DNA from: Lytechinus pictus
Lineage: Eukaryota
Assembly (NCBI RefSeq): GCF_037042905.1
Contig: NC_087252.1
Span: 6,946,001 to 7,006,000, forward strand
Direction: 5' to 3'
Length of the DNA stretch: 60,000 nucleotides
The position numbers were made by a program, and so were the translations under genes. Below are positions 1-14,089 of the stretch, piece after piece (within the stretch, counting starts at the first letter, position 1; each line of letters starts with the position of its first letter). Below the pieces are notes generated by a model. The model saw nothing but the letters and a program-made list of their open reading frames with translations, was not told where the DNA came from and made no database searches.

Positions 1-1839
1 AGGCATACTAGATCGAGAAGGATGAAGTGTATGCTGGCGCAGATCCTGCCGAAGTAACACAATACAATCTAATAGGCGCTGTATTTATTTTGAACAATAG
101 TTGGCCTCTCAAAAGTATTGTGCTCTATTCTGTGACCTCTACTAAAAGAAGTCAGTGGGTCTATATTCTGCACCTGGAGGGTACGGTAGTGATTCCGGGG
201 GGGGGGTGGCATCCGGCCCGTGCACCCTCCCCCTTTGAGAGCCATTATCAATTTGTTAATGTAAATATGCCATTTTTACACAAGTGTGCCCCCTTTGAAA
301 CTCACAGCATGTATTTTAATGAGGATATGTCGTTCATGCACAAGTGAGGACCTTCACTTTCGCCTGGTAAACACCCCTTTTCCAAATATATTTGATAATT
401 AAAATGCACGGAGAGATGATAGGAAAAGAATATAACTCGAATGTATATATTAAGAGTAGACCTATAAAGAGGAAAATTACATGGTTAATTAAAAATGTGT
501 TGATGAAATATCGGTGGAACGTTATGTTATAATTTCCTGCGCCAAACAGGTTTTATGTAATATTGCTCTTTATAAAGACAAGTATTAAACTACATTAAAT
601 GTCGAAATGCTGATAAATATAATGGAAAAGATATTAAAATACACATTACGAAAAGAACCAAAATCAAGGCTCTAGTATCGACAAAACGAGTACAAGAAAA
701 CTACCCATTTGATGCTCATTTTAATTCCCCGAAAGCCGGACGTTGAAAATGACCTGGGCCAGTGCGTTGCTAGCTGTATTTAATGGGAGAGCTCGGCTTA
801 CCCAATTGTCAAGGTAGATTTAAATTACCCCATTTTTGATTGGGGAGATTATCCTATTGTTGAACATAGAGGTGGTCTGACTGGTGGCGGATTTCAATAG
901 AAGGATGACCCCTTGATTGGTGGGGGTATTTCAATGGGAGATTACCACTTTGTCAGCGCGGGTGACTGTCTTGATACTTTGGTGTGTCCCCGATGTGTCT
1001 TTTACTCGAACACCGTGTTTGCAACTAATCCCAATTAATGAGACTATTTGGCATCAAAATGAAAGTCTAACTTCCACCCTTTTCATAGATTTCGTTTGAA
1101 AATATTTACAGTGTACGTTTGAGGTAAAATTGAAATATGAGAAGGCGCTTTTTTATGTAAACCAGATATGATTTGTTCATAAGTATTTTTATAATAAATG
1201 TTACAAAATCAAGTTTCATAGAACAGATGTTATACTCGATTTAATTACAACCAAAATAATTCAAAGTCATCAAGAGGCTAAGTATCATACTAAATAATGC
1301 AAGCATGATTTGTTCAGGCGCGGGGAAGATTTTTTTTTTCAATCCCACTGAGCCTGATCTCTTTTTTTTCATACAAAAGCCGGGATAGACATGTGGTTAA
1401 ATAAGCATTATTAATTGGATTCGTGCTTTCGGGAAAATAGCAGTTATTCACGAGCAAGAACATTGAACTGTTCAGTGTTGGCACCACTGCGATGAAGTTA
1501 ATACGAATTGTGTTTTTGAACAGGATCAAAACAGGATCAAAATAGTAGAAGTAAAAACGTTAAGCTTATTATATATATATTAATCATTCTGAATTATGCA
1601 TTATTCTGGACTACACGTGTCTATAATTGAATGATTTACATGTATTCAATCAGTGGCAGATTTTAGGGTGGGGGCACATTTTACCTTGAACACTTTTTAG
1701 ACCAAAAAGTTGTCACTAAAATAGGGCATTTTGACCCGTTTAAAACGTGGTGTTAAAAAATTAAGGTCTTTACTTGTGTGTGAACGACATATTCATATTA
1801 CAGATATTTGCTGTGACTCTCAAAAAGTGAGTACACTTG

Positions 1840-3269
1840 CAGGGGCAGATCCAGCCTTCGCCAAAGGGGGGGGGGGTCTTTTTAACCACATTACCCCCGA
1901 TCAGCCGCTCAAATCTGATTTTTGTTTGTTTAAATAAATGTAAAATAATCTCATAAGCCTTATTTAAATAGTGCGAGCGCGAAGCGCGAGCTATTTTTTT
2001 TAATTATTATTATTCCATGTATTTTGTCCTAAAATGGCATTCTGGCAATGCTTGTGATCCTAAACGAGATGAATAAATTTAATATACGCTTTGATCATTC
2101 TGATAACGGCTGATTGCAGTTAGCCATGAAGACGTGACATATTTCAAAAGTCAAATAACGCGAGCGCGAAGCGCGAGCTGAATTTTGACCTTTCTACCTG
2201 AAGAATTGAAATTTTTGTAATCATGAAAAAGTTGAATATATAACAAAGCAACTGATGCGAGCGCGAAGCGCAAGCGGAAAATTCGAGATTTGTAGGAAAA
2301 TTGTGAGTGGATATGGATCACAGTTAAAGGAGCTGGTATGTTTCATTATTATTACTTTGAGTTTTGACATACATGTAGGACCGGGACATTCTAAGAACAT
2401 TATTCCATCGTATGAAAATTATGACTGTCTTCCTATTTCTCTTCCTATCAATGCGCGAGATGAAACCTGTCGATATTTCATTCTGAAAAAGGGACAATTT
2501 ATCATTAAATTAATTTATTTATCTAATAAGCCTAATCAGAGCGAGAAATCAGTCGATATTATAGCCTGAAAACTGGCCATTTAAAGCACTTTTGTAATAA
2601 TGAATAAGATGCATGAGTTAATATATTTTTAACAATCAATGTGCGCGCAAATCGCCAGCCGAAAATTGTTGATAAACTGTCATAAAATGGAGATTTTAAG
2701 TAGTTTGTTATAGAATTAATATTGAATTTTTTATAACTCACCAATCAAAATGCGAGCATGCAGCGCTAGCTGATACGTTTTTACAATCTGACATGAATAG
2801 GGATATTTTGATAACTATATGGCATACAGGAAAATAATAGGTACCTGACAAATCAAATTTTGTGAGCGCGCAGCGCAAGCAGAAAATGTTAATATTCAAA
2901 CATTCAGACAATAAAAAAGAAATTTTTACAAAACACTTTTTTTTTTAAAGTTCGATTTCCGAGCTGAAATATGTTATGTATATCGACTTCAAAATTTGAT
3001 ATTTAAAGTTCCATATATGTAAATCACCTAAAAGGTAATGCGAGCGCGAAGCACGAGCGAAAATTTTATATAATGACATGACAGATTTTTTTTTATTGTT
3101 TTCGAAGTCTGCCCCTCATCTTATTTATTCACTCGTTTTCCTCCTCTCATGTGTACCATTTTTCTCCCCTCTTTTCCTTTTTTTGGTCTTCCTTTCCCCC
3201 TTTTTTTGCTCCGCCAATAGGGGGAGGAGGGAGGGCGGACCCCTTGCCCCACCCCTGGATCCAACTCTG
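1840..3269. mobile_element. Non-autonomous hAT-like element with internal GCGAGCGCGAAGCGCGAGC repeats
   Basis: Ends CAGGGGCAGATCC...GGATCCAACTCTG; colinear in reverse with part of the copy at 41636-43489. Confidence 0.7.
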
Positions 3270-5219
3270 GAACAATCTACCAAAAAGTATTAAACAAGCA
3301 AATTCAAATTGAAGAGAGAAATTCAAATCCGTGTTAAAACCTTTTTTTGTTAAATATAGCTTTCTCTCCGCATGTGAAGCCCCTCAATTGTTTACAGCCT
3401 ACTGTGAACTGTACAACTACTTTATTTTTGGTGAAATTCCTTCTCTCTATATATTTTTTCCTTAGCGTTTAGATAAACGTTTTGTGCTAAGTGGTATACA
3501 AATAATGTAAATTATTATTAATTAATGGCGTGCGTTTCCCGATCTCCGTATCGAAATCAATATTAATGAGAGAGCGCAATTTCATTGTTCTCGCTCTAAT
3601 GGGGGAGGGGGGGGGGGGGGGTCAGTGTTCTATCAAGCAGAAGACGTAGGCCTATATGTGCATAAGTTCATGTCATTGGTGTAATGATAAAGAATCTGAT
3701 GAATTCTGTTTGTCGACGTTATAATAAAATTAATACAATCAATATAATTCAGGTACACCGCTTTAATTGCATGGTATCATGCATCCATAAATCGAAATAG
3801 CCGATGTATTCAAAACGTACGTAGCCGGGATGGCATGCAGTTCGGATGTTACAGTACTCTAACATTATAATAATCTCGTATTACAAATGCCAATTTTGCG
3901 AAAATGCACACAAATTCATAACTTGATAGACTCTGGGGAATGATGTCGATATAAAAATCGCATCGACCTCGATATGCAATCATGTTTGATACTGCGTTCG
4001 ACTTGAGAACCCGCAAAATCTTTTCCAAAATTAGATGAAGGCCATCCATTCTCTCTATTTTTAATTTAAATATAATCTATGTATTTCAGGATCATGATGT
4101 GAAAACCCTTTTAAAACAAATATGATAAAGAAAAAAACGCGTCTCAAGTTATACATGGTTCATTGCCGCAAAATATACCAATCATCTTCATTTGTTATCA
4201 TTTAATCATCAACATTATCACTGATATTATTATTCGTATTATCATGTCTGTTAACATCACTTCAAAGTTATAATTATCATTATCATCATCACTGTTATAA
4301 TCATCACCATCATCATTCATTCATTATCTATTTACAATCGTTCTCCAATATCAATTTTATATTTTATATAATTAAGAATATATGAAAGATAATAGTAATG
4401 ATTATGGTGATGCTGGTAATCATGAACATTAGATCCGTTTTGTGAGATAATTTATGCGGTTTTACGTGCTAATCGCTACTCAATGATGGTGAAAGAAAGA
4501 AGTCGGGACGGTAGTTACTGTATACACGCACTTTAATACACTATAGTACAAAAGATTCCCCATCGGACGGGCCAACGGTCTTTTGAAGTAGGTTCGTCTA
4601 TTGAAATTATGACAATAATCACGACAGCGGATATGGGGAACTATTCTCTGAGCGCCTTTCCCATTCATTGTGGTCTATAGCGAACCCGCTGAGCATGCCA
4701 TTGTCAATTAATGATTCTCTACATGGGTGAGTAATCTTGCTCTTTCATGACCATAGGCCTGGGCAATCACTAAGAACAGTTCGATGAGTATTAATGCCAA
4801 GTAATCCTGAAAGGTGAATAATGTTCAATTCTCTTGCTGGAGAAGACTATATCATGGCCCCATTTGCTTTTGCTGTAGGCCAGTTGTGTACAACCTGATA
4901 TAGATGATAAATAATTATCTTTCATCTATTTTAGAGTAATGATCTAATGTTAATATCATTCTACATAATTACCCTGAAGCTTACGGCCCCATATCTTCAC
5001 CCGTGAAGTATTGAAATTTGAAGTTTAAATTATTGAACATCATGGCATCCTAGTATTGTACTGATTTTTACCATCACTGCAATATAGATAAAAACATAGA
5101 GTTAATTATACTCACATTGATTTTACTTTAGAACAAATTCACCCCCTTCCCTTCCCGCTACAACCTTTTTTTTCAGTCCCTTTCATTGTTTCCTTACCAA
5201 AATGATCCTAATTTCAATA

Positions 5220-5292
5220 ACTATGATAATGACATAGATGATTTGCTGCTGACGATAATGATGCTGCTGATGATAGTGATGATAATGAACAC

Positions 5293-5323
<31 letters not shown>

Positions 5324-5362
5324 GATGGTGAATGTGGTAGTGGTAGCCTTCGTGATGATGAC
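5220..5362. repeat. Degenerate (GAT)n/(GGT)n microsatellite
   Basis: Directly visible; explains the low-complexity ORFs at 5183-5448. Confidence 0.9.
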
Positions 5363-6624
5363 AAATGAAAAATACTGAACGTTACGAAAGTCACACATTC
5401 AATGAATAATACCAAGAAACATACTTTTTGATGAAATAAAAATGACACACAATTTATGCAACTTGTAAGCCTCCCATTTAGTTTATTCTTATTTTTTTAA
5501 CTGAATTTTGTCCGCTTACATTCCTTCTTGATGATGATTTAAAGCTTTTAAGTTTATAATTACATTGGTAAATCCCGGTCAGAAAAGTTCATGTCACCAT
5601 TCCATTCTTGAGTACTATATTATATCAAGGAGATGATATCTCCTTGGTTATATGAGCATGGCCCTAAAATGATTGTGATGTGATAGGTATGAAATCAAAT
5701 TTTATTGGAAAATTTAGCCCTTTTCACACATCCAGCCTCCGCCACTGCAAGTCTTCCCCTCTGTTCCCCTTTCACTCTTTCCCTTTCCCCCTTTTTTTTC
5801 TCTCCCCCCCCCCCCCCCATCGTCCACCAGCTCTCTCTTCTTCTTTCCCCTTATTTTCTGTCTCTATCCATTTCCATATTTCAATTTGTCCCCCCTCTCC
5901 CGTTGATTGTCGATCCTAAATTTATTCCCCACTCAAATTTCCTAGTTTTTTTTCTTGTTCAACTGTTTTTCCTCCATATTTTTTTCACCCTTCCTCTTCC
6001 TCCACCCCAATATTATTTTTTTATTATCTCTCTGTTTCCCCTTCCTTTTCTCTCCCTATCCTTCTTAGTTTTCTTCTTCCTCTTTTCATCTTCTCTTTTG
6101 GTCCCGCTTTTTTAAAACAAGGAGATAAGGAAATTTAAAGGTAAATTGTGTCATTGGTTTATTTCAAAACTCTCTTTTAAATTTCACTCTTTGCTTTCCA
6201 CGATATTCATAAACAAGTTCTGAGTCCATACAATGTATTGCATTGGCCAGAAAGAACTGTTTTTATTCTCAAAAAAATATATAAAGATGAGAAGATTTGC
6301 CGAGTGAGCTTTTTTTTATTTATTTTTAAAACTAACATAAAAAATGAAGAGCGCCACCTTGAGACCAAATGACATCAATACCTGCTCATGAATATTCATA
6401 TCTCTAGCTCTCGCCTCTGCGCGAGTCTCAATCAAGTGCCGATGCACGGTATGGACGCATGGGCGGGTACGGAGTCTGTACACCGTGAATGCACGGGTTT
6501 CTTTCCCGGTTTCTATTGCATTTCGTAGAAAGCGTGTACATTGAAAACAAAGTCTGACGGCTTTTTCCTTGCTTTCATCTTTGCTTCGTTGATCTGTATT
6601 GTTTCTCTATTTCTCCAGGGTACG

Positions 6625-6662
6625 GAGGGAGGGAGGGAGGGAGGGAGGGAGGGAGGGAGGGA
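6625..6662. repeat. (GGGA)n microsatellite
   Basis: Directly visible. Confidence 0.9.
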
Positions 6663-7052
6663 GAAAGGTGCTTGTGAAAGCCAAGGGAGAGAAAGGGCTA
6701 TATTCTTATTTATTATATTTTTTCTAGTTCTTTATATGTATTTTTGTTTTGTTTCCGATTCACTGAATTGTTATCATTTTCTTCAGGTTCTGTATTTTGA
6801 TGTGTTCATTATTATCACGTGTAGTAATACGTTGTAATTTCTTAATTGTTTAAATAATAGGCCTATGCTACATTTTTTTAAAGGAAAAATTAGAAATCAT
6901 TTTGTATTGAACTAGCTTGGCCGCCAATTTTGTTATTTGCTTTGTGTGTCCTATAGCTCTCCACCACTGAATTCGTCAATATACTGCCTCAACGTATTTA
7001 TCAATTAAATTGGACAAATACCGCGTGGCCTAGTGTTTTTTTTTACAATATC

Positions 7053-7404
7053 CAGGGGCGGATCCAGCTTTCACTAATAAAGAGGGAGGGGGTTGAAAAA
7101 TATTTTCCCCGATCGATCCGCAGCTCAAAGCTATTTTTTTTGTATCTATATAGTCGTAACAGTTACTCATAAGCCCTATAAAAAATGCGAGCGCGAGGTA
7201 AAATTTTCGGAAATCGTGTATTGTGTCCTGAAAATTGACGGATCCATGCAGCACGGGCCGGCTGTGCCCCCCCCCCCCCTTCAGAGGCACAATCATTATT
7301 TCTTATGTAAAAATATATCGATATAATCATTTTTTTTTGCTTGTCAAATTTTCCTCGGGAAAATGTGCCCCCCCCCCCTTTGAAAAATCCTAGATCTGCC
7401 TCTG
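7053..7404. mobile_element. Short hAT-like MITE (composite)
   Basis: CAGGGGCGGATCCAG ... CTAGATCTGCCTCTG inverted ends with poly-G/C subterminal tracts. Confidence 0.55.
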
Positions 7405-8619
7405 AAGATTAATCATAATAATACAAAATAATCATAACGGTACGTAGGGCCTATGGTGCACCGGGTAGCGACTTCAGTTCCGTAAACTGTTCTCCCAGCG
7501 GGCCATGCTAATACCCCGGCTCTAGCTGGGCTAACTGCGCTCAAGCATTTGAATTAGTAAATGGTAGTTCCCTTGTTTGTTTTACTAAGGACTGTTTTTG
7601 TTTATATCGATTAGCTGATATTTCTTTAATTTGATATGAATAATACCTTTTTATTGTAATCGCTATTTTACTATGTTTTATTATACAAGGACCAAGATGA
7701 AAAAATCAGTAATTATACAACTCTGATCTTGTGAACCTTTTTAAATATGACTGAATGAATAAATAAATTAATTGGTATTGATAAATAGATATTCCATCGA
7801 ACCTGAGGCAATGCGAACACGAAGCGCGGGCTAAATTGTTTTATGCAGTGACATGGTTCCCCCCCCCCCAGTCTGAATTACCCTCACCTTATTTTATTCA
7901 TTCTTCCTCCTTATATTTTTTCTTCTCCCCCCACCCTCTGCTTTCCATTATATTACTTGTTTCCCTTTCTTTCCCCCTATTATGCACCGCCAATAGGGTG
8001 GGGGCGCCCCGTTGGCCTCCTGGATCCGCCTATGATACCGGTACGTCAGGCCTGTATATTATAAGCAATTGATGTTTATGTAACATCGATTATTAAACCC
8101 CCCCCCCCCCCCGAAAGTTTCTCTTTGTATTTTTCTTTTCAACTTGTTATGGTAGTATATACTAAACAAGTATCACGTTTGACTTTGTCCAACTTTGTGA
8201 CCAAAACTTTAGTACGGTTTTCTCAGTGAAATTGATGATGACGTCTCCTGGGTGCCTCCCCCTTCACCCCACTCCTCCTTGGTCCTCTGGGCTTGGCGAA
8301 TAAAATTGCGTACATATCATGGAGAGATATATCGAGGACATACAGCTAGGCGGAATTATTTGGGGAAGGGGTCTTCCATTTCTTTGTTATTCCGAAGTTC
8401 CGATGATGGTTCAGCGAATGTGCTCTATGCAAAATCACGTTTTGGCACGACTTCTAAGCGCTGGGCACGTCAACGGACAATAACAAAATAAATGCAAACA
8501 TGTCATGGATCGAAATGGTAAAAAATATATATTTTAAAGAAAACCATCGTTATCAAAATTTGATGCAGTCAAACCAACATGTTTTGTTAATACCAGTTTC
8601 AACTTACATTAAAAATTAT

Positions 8620-9613
8620 AACCCGAGGCCATATTAGCACCGGGGGTGGGGGAGGGGGGGGGGCAGAGAGCACTTGCACCCCCCCCCCCAAAAAAAAAAA
8701 AAAAAAAAAAAAATCTCAGTAGGAAAAAAATCTTTTTTTTCAAAATGGAAAGTGCCCTTCTTTCAAAATGATGTGTGCCCCTTTTCAAAATAAAATACCT
8801 TTTCTTGAAGTCAAACAATACATTTTAGGTAAGAAAATCACAAAAATTTTGGATCGCGCTTCGCACTCACATCATTTTGAAAGAAGGGCACTTTCCATTT
8901 TTTCCCTACTGGGATTTTTTTTGGGAGAGGGGTGCAAGTGTTTTGGTTACAACTTCTGCTTAAAATGTTCAATTTTCAAGTTTGAATATCACAAATTTTC
9001 AGCTCGCGCTTTCCGCTTGCATCAATTATTGTTTATTCTTGGTTTCAAAACTTAGAATGTCCATCAGGTTGAAATATCACAAATTTTCGGCTCGCGCTCG
9101 CATCAATTATTATTTATTGGTTTCAAAAAGTGCTTAGATTGTCCAGTTTTCAGGTTGGAATATCGCACTCGCGTCCATTATTCAGTTAGATACACATCTT
9201 TTTCATGACAACAAAAACAATAGCTCGGAATGCTTGATTTTCAGGTCTTATTAGTACATGCAATGTCCAAAATTTTGAGCCCGCGATTTGCGCTCACAAC
9301 ATCTCGCAAGGATGCTCTTTTAACAATAATTTGCGCGGTAATAATTGACCAAAAAGCGAGTTTCACAACTTCAGATTTAAAAATGTTTCCAAACCGCTTG
9401 CTTGCTACGCTCGCTCCCGGAAAAATAAAGCCTGATTACATATTTAATCAATCAGAAAAAGACTTCAAAAAGGCTTTGCTCAACTTAATTAGTATAAAAC
9501 GCACAACTACTTAACGCAGATGATAATCTCATGGTGAAAATTTCAATTGCATAAAAAATACATATTAATGCCCTCTTTTGCCCCCCAAATGAAAATACGT
9601 TCCGCCGCCCCTG
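8620..9613. mobile_element. Fragments of hAT-like elements carrying GCTCGCGCTTCGCGCTCGC-type units
   Basis: Repeated motif; right end TTCCGCCGCCCCTG near 9612. Confidence 0.55.
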
Positions 9614-10049
9614 ATTATCACCCATCGCACTTGCTGGTATTTTTATTTATCGTCATTCCCCCCTCTCAAAGAAAAAACTTATACTTTTGCCCTTTATTTA
9701 GCCTGCAATGGAACTTGCAGGAAATTTCATTTAAACGCGAGCATATCAAACAGGATGCAAATGGAGGTCTATTCAGCCGGTCATTATTTATACGCTTTGG
9801 ATTCTTGTTTGCCTAGAAAATGTGAATATTTCAAGAGTTCTTATATTTTCACTACATCTTTGTCCTTATTTCTCTATATCCGTAGCTCCACCATGCGCGT
9901 ATTCGAGGGCCCTCGGGGCACGCCCCCCCCCCCCCGGGTAGGCGAAAAAGGGGCGCCAAAAATAGGGAGAAAAGTGGAGGAAAAAATGAGGGAAAGAACA
10001 ATAGAAAGAGAAAAGGGGGGAAGAAAGAGAGGAGGAAAACAAAAGAGGG

Positions 10050-10820
10050 AAAGGGGAGCGCCGAAATGATGTTCACCCTAGGGAGGGGGGCGCCCAATTG
10101 ATAATCGACCTATAGGGGCGCCGAATTTAAGTCCAACATAGATAGGGGAGCCGAATTGATGTTTGACATTGGGGGCATCGACTTGATGTCCGAATTAGGG
10201 AGGCGCCGAATTGATGTTCGACCTTGGGGGTGCCAATTGATGTTCAGCCTAGGTGGGGGGGGGGCGAATTAATTTTTTACCTCGGGGCGCCGTATAGATG
10301 TTCCACATAGGAGGGGCTGCATTGAAGTTCGGCATAGGGGCACCGAGGGGGCGCCGAATTGATGTTCAAACTAGGGGCTGGGGCGCCGAATCGATATTTT
10401 CCATAGTGTTGCCGAATTGATGTTTGACGTGACATAGGGGGGCGCCGAATTGATGTTCAACATAGGGGGTGGCAAATTGATGTTCAACCTAGGTGGAGGG
10501 GGGGGGCGAATTAATGTTTTACCTCAGGGCGCCGTATAGATGTTCGACATAAGAGGGGGCCGCATTGAAGTTCGACATAGGGGCACCGAGGGGGCGCCGA
10601 ATTGATGTTCAACCTAGTGGCTGGGGCGCCGAATTGATATTTTGCATAGGGTTGCCGAATCGATGTTTGACATAGGGGGGTGCCGAATTGATGTTCAACC
10701 TAGGGGGTGCCTAATGGATGTTCACCACACGAGGACGCCTATTTTATGTTTGTCCCGGTGCGCCAAATTCAGGTTCAATTAACCAAGGGAGGGGGGTGGG
10801 CGCCAAATTCATGTTTGCTC
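10050..10820. repeat. G-rich tandem repeat, ~28-33 bp unit (GGGGCGCCGAATTGATGTTCAACCTA)
   Basis: More than 20 degenerate copies visible. Confidence 0.9.
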
Positions 10821-10829
10821 GCATCAAAT

Positions 10830-12290
10830 ACTCATCCTGTTCATGATTACCAAAAGTGCCTATAATTTTAGATCAGAATACAAAAAAAATCATCCTACTC
10901 TACGTTCTCGCATTAATTGTTTAGTAAGGTGACGATCCTGTTCATGGTTAGATAAGTGCTTAGAATGTCCGACTTTGGATCGAAATATAAAAAAAAAATC
11001 AGCTCGCGCTTCACGCTCGCATAAACTGTTTTGTTAGCGCTCATCTTGTTCATGATAATCGAAAATGCTTACTCGAATGTCCAAATATTAGGTAAGAATA
11101 TGAAAAAATTTCATCTCGCTCTTTGCGCTCGCATCAATATTGTTTAGTTAGATGACAATCCTGTTCATGATTACCGAAAGTGCTTAGTCAATTTTTTTAA
11201 GCTCGCGCTCCGCGCTCGCACAATTGTTTAAATATATACCCATCCTTTCCATGGCTATAAAATATGCTTAGAATTTCCAGTTTTGGGTCGGAATACCAAA
11301 AATTTTACGCTCGCGCCTCTCGCTCGCATTAAATGATTTGTTAGATACCCATCCTTTTCATGATTACCCAATAATGCTTAGAATGTCCAAATTTTAGGTC
11401 AGAATATCAAAAAAATTTAACGCACGCTTCGCGCTCGCATTAATTATTTAGCTAGATACCTATCCTGTTCATGGTTATAAAAAGTGCTTATCATGTCCAG
11501 TGTTGGGTTGGAAATTCAAAAATTGTCAGCTCGCACTTCGCGATCGCATAAAATGTTGACAGATACCCACCCTGTTCTTGATTACCAAAAGTGCTCATAG
11601 ATTTTTCAAAATTTTAGGTAAGAATATGAAAAATTATCATCTCGCTCTTTGCGCTCGCATCAATATTGTTTAGTTAGATGACAATCCTGTTCATGATTAC
11701 CAAAAGTGCTTAGTCAATGTCAAAATTTTAGTTCAGAATATCAATCACTTATAGGCTCGCGCCTCGCGCTCGCACAAACAATTGTTTAAATAGATACCCA
11801 TCCTTTCCATGATTACAAATTAGAATGTCCAGTTTTGTGTTGGAATATCAAAAAATTAAGCTCGCGCCTCGCGCTCGTATTAGATGATTTGTTAGATACC
11901 CATCCTGTTCATGATTACCCAATAGTGCTTAGAATGTCCAAATTTTATGTCAGAAAATCAAAAATTTTCAACTCGCGCTTCGCGCTCGCATTAATTATTT
12001 AGTTAGATACCCATCCTGTTCATGATTATAAAACAAATGTGAAAAGTGCTTATAATGTCCAGTGTTGGGTTGGAAATTCAAAAATTGTCAGCTTCCACTT
12101 CGCGATTGCATAAAATGTTGATTGATACCCACCCTGTTCTTGATTACCAAAAGTGCTCATAGATTTTTCCAAATTCTAGGTAAGAATATGAACAATTTTC
12201 ATATCGCTCTTTTCGCTCGCATCAATATTGTTTAGATAATACATATACCCATCATGTTCACGGTTGCAATAAAACTCAGAATGTTCGATC
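10830..12290. repeat. ~90-bp tandem array (GCTCGCGCTTCGCGCTCGCAT...CATCCTGTTCATGATTAC...GTGCTTAGAATGTCC)
   Basis: About 15 monomers; higher-order period of ~530-560 bp. Confidence 0.9.
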
Positions 12291-12768
12291 GGAAAAGAGA
12301 TGAAAATATCCCCTCCCTATTGGCGAAAGCTGGATCCGCCCCCGGTTAAGAAATTACAGCTCCCGCACATAATTTTAGCATGGTCTACCACTCTGATGAG
12401 AAGTTGAACTAAATTGAAACCCAAAAATGCTTAAAATTCTGTGCTTTCTGGTCGCATTTATTTTTTTCAAAAGGTGGTTAAAACATATTCATGGATGTTT
12501 TTTTTTTCATGAACACATTAAAAAGTGGTCTTCGATGCCTTTTTCACGTGATTATGAAATACGATAATTCAAACTGCATTTAAGGCACCTATGATTGCCG
12601 TGCTGGGCGGGTCGGGGTGCCATTTTCCGAAAAGTTCACAGGGGCGCCAAAATAGTTGGGCTCAATCATGGATCCTGGATACGCGCATGTCCGTTGGGCA
12701 TCGTTTCCAACATTGTACCTCCTTATCTATACCGGCGTGATACTAGGCGCTAGTCCATGGATCGGATC

Positions 12769-13097
12769 GGTTTACTTCCATTTCGTCGTGATGCCAACTC
12801 GTCCAAATGCCAACTCGTCTACTATCATTATTTGGTCTACCATCAGTTCGTTCACTATCCACCTGCATGCATTCCGTCTAATAACCATCTGATCCAATAG
12901 TCATTTAGTCCATATACAATTTGGTTATTGGACGTGTTATTGTGCAAAATGAATGAAAATGAATTGGATACTGGACTAACTGGACCAAATGGTTGTTCGA
13001 TGAAATGTTGATGGACGGATTGGCATTGCATGGACTAAATGAAAGTAGACCATGTGGTGAATGGATGAGTTGGCAGTTGACGAATTGGCAATTTACC
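12769..13097. mobile_element. Palindromic interspersed repeat built from short CCAACTCGTCTAC-type subunits (unclassified MITE)
   Basis: GGTTTACTTCCATTTCGTC ... GACGAATTGGCAATTTACC inverted ends; related copies at 41207-41597 and 43768-44136. Confidence 0.65.
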
Positions 13098-14089
13098 AAT
13101 GGACCTACTAGTACTAGGCCACTGAATTGAACTTGTCATGTGCCATAACACCTAAACTGCTTCCTTATATCCGATACCCCCTCCATCCTAAAGGGAAGGG
13201 GGAGAGAGAAGAAAGGAAGAAAGAAATAGATTGTTGAAAGGGAATCAAAAGAACGATCAAAAGGGAATTTGAACGCAACATAATATTATACTCTGTTATT
13301 GTTTGAATCGTTTCTCTCTCATGAAATTTATATTTTGAATATATATCGTTTCAGTCATTCTCATTATTTTACTGCATAGCGAATTACAAAACGTCCTATC
13401 CTCGTTTCCGCTAACCACACATGACATTATTTATCATTTTATTATTATCATGCAATGAAATTCATACTGTTTTTACACGCTGCGTCGGCTGCCACTTGAC
13501 TACCTTGTAAATATTTTTCTGATGATATTCAGTTGAAATCAGTGGCGTTCAAAATAAGGCTTGGGGCTGTATGGATTCCCAAATTTGTCACGGCCAAGAA
13601 AAAAAAGGAAAGAGAGAAGGGAAACTATTATCTGAATATCATGTCAAAATCTATCATAGATTACCAAAAAAAATCAAGATTTGTGCCCTATATTTATATC
13701 TGGCCCCTTCATATTTGTTATGTTCATTATTTACGCCACTGGTTAAAATTAAATTCAACTTAAAACATTTTCCCTTTATCATTGCATTATACATTCATGA
13801 ATAGTGAAAGCATGTTCATAACATCTTTCTGTATTTTTCGCTGTTTATACAATTCCTAACCTTAGGTTGTGTGTATTCCTTATGTTCGCATTCTCAATGT
13901 TATTTTCTCTTTATTTCAATATTATTCTCACAAACTTTATTATGGTATGCATATTCAAGAAAGTATTACTTGTTTGCTTGCCCCATGACAGCTTTGCCTT
14001 CACTTTTGCAGATCGGAGTGTCTCTCAGTCAGTATTCAGAGCTATTACTGTATTCTCCTTGACCCCCCCCCCCCCCTGTGAGTTGTAAA

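Larger units (their letters stand above)
9892..12689. mobile_element. Composite non-autonomous TIR element (CATGCGCGTAT...ATACGCGCATG) containing two satellite arrays
   Basis: 11-bp perfect inverted termini; no TSD recognised. Confidence 0.6.

Noticed and set aside
5626..5647. Short hairpin CAAGGAGAT...ATCTCCTTG, also at ~56131-56168
   Set aside because: Probably the terminus of a common repeat family; too short to classify
5183..6115. Poly-D/G/T/P and Phe-rich ORFs
   Set aside because: Produced by microsatellites and polypyrimidine tracts
6451..6625. Signal-peptide-like stretch (GFFLAFIFASLICIVSLFLQG) followed by a possible donor
   Set aside because: The only in-frame ATG (6451) is separated from it by a TAG stop; no downstream exons found
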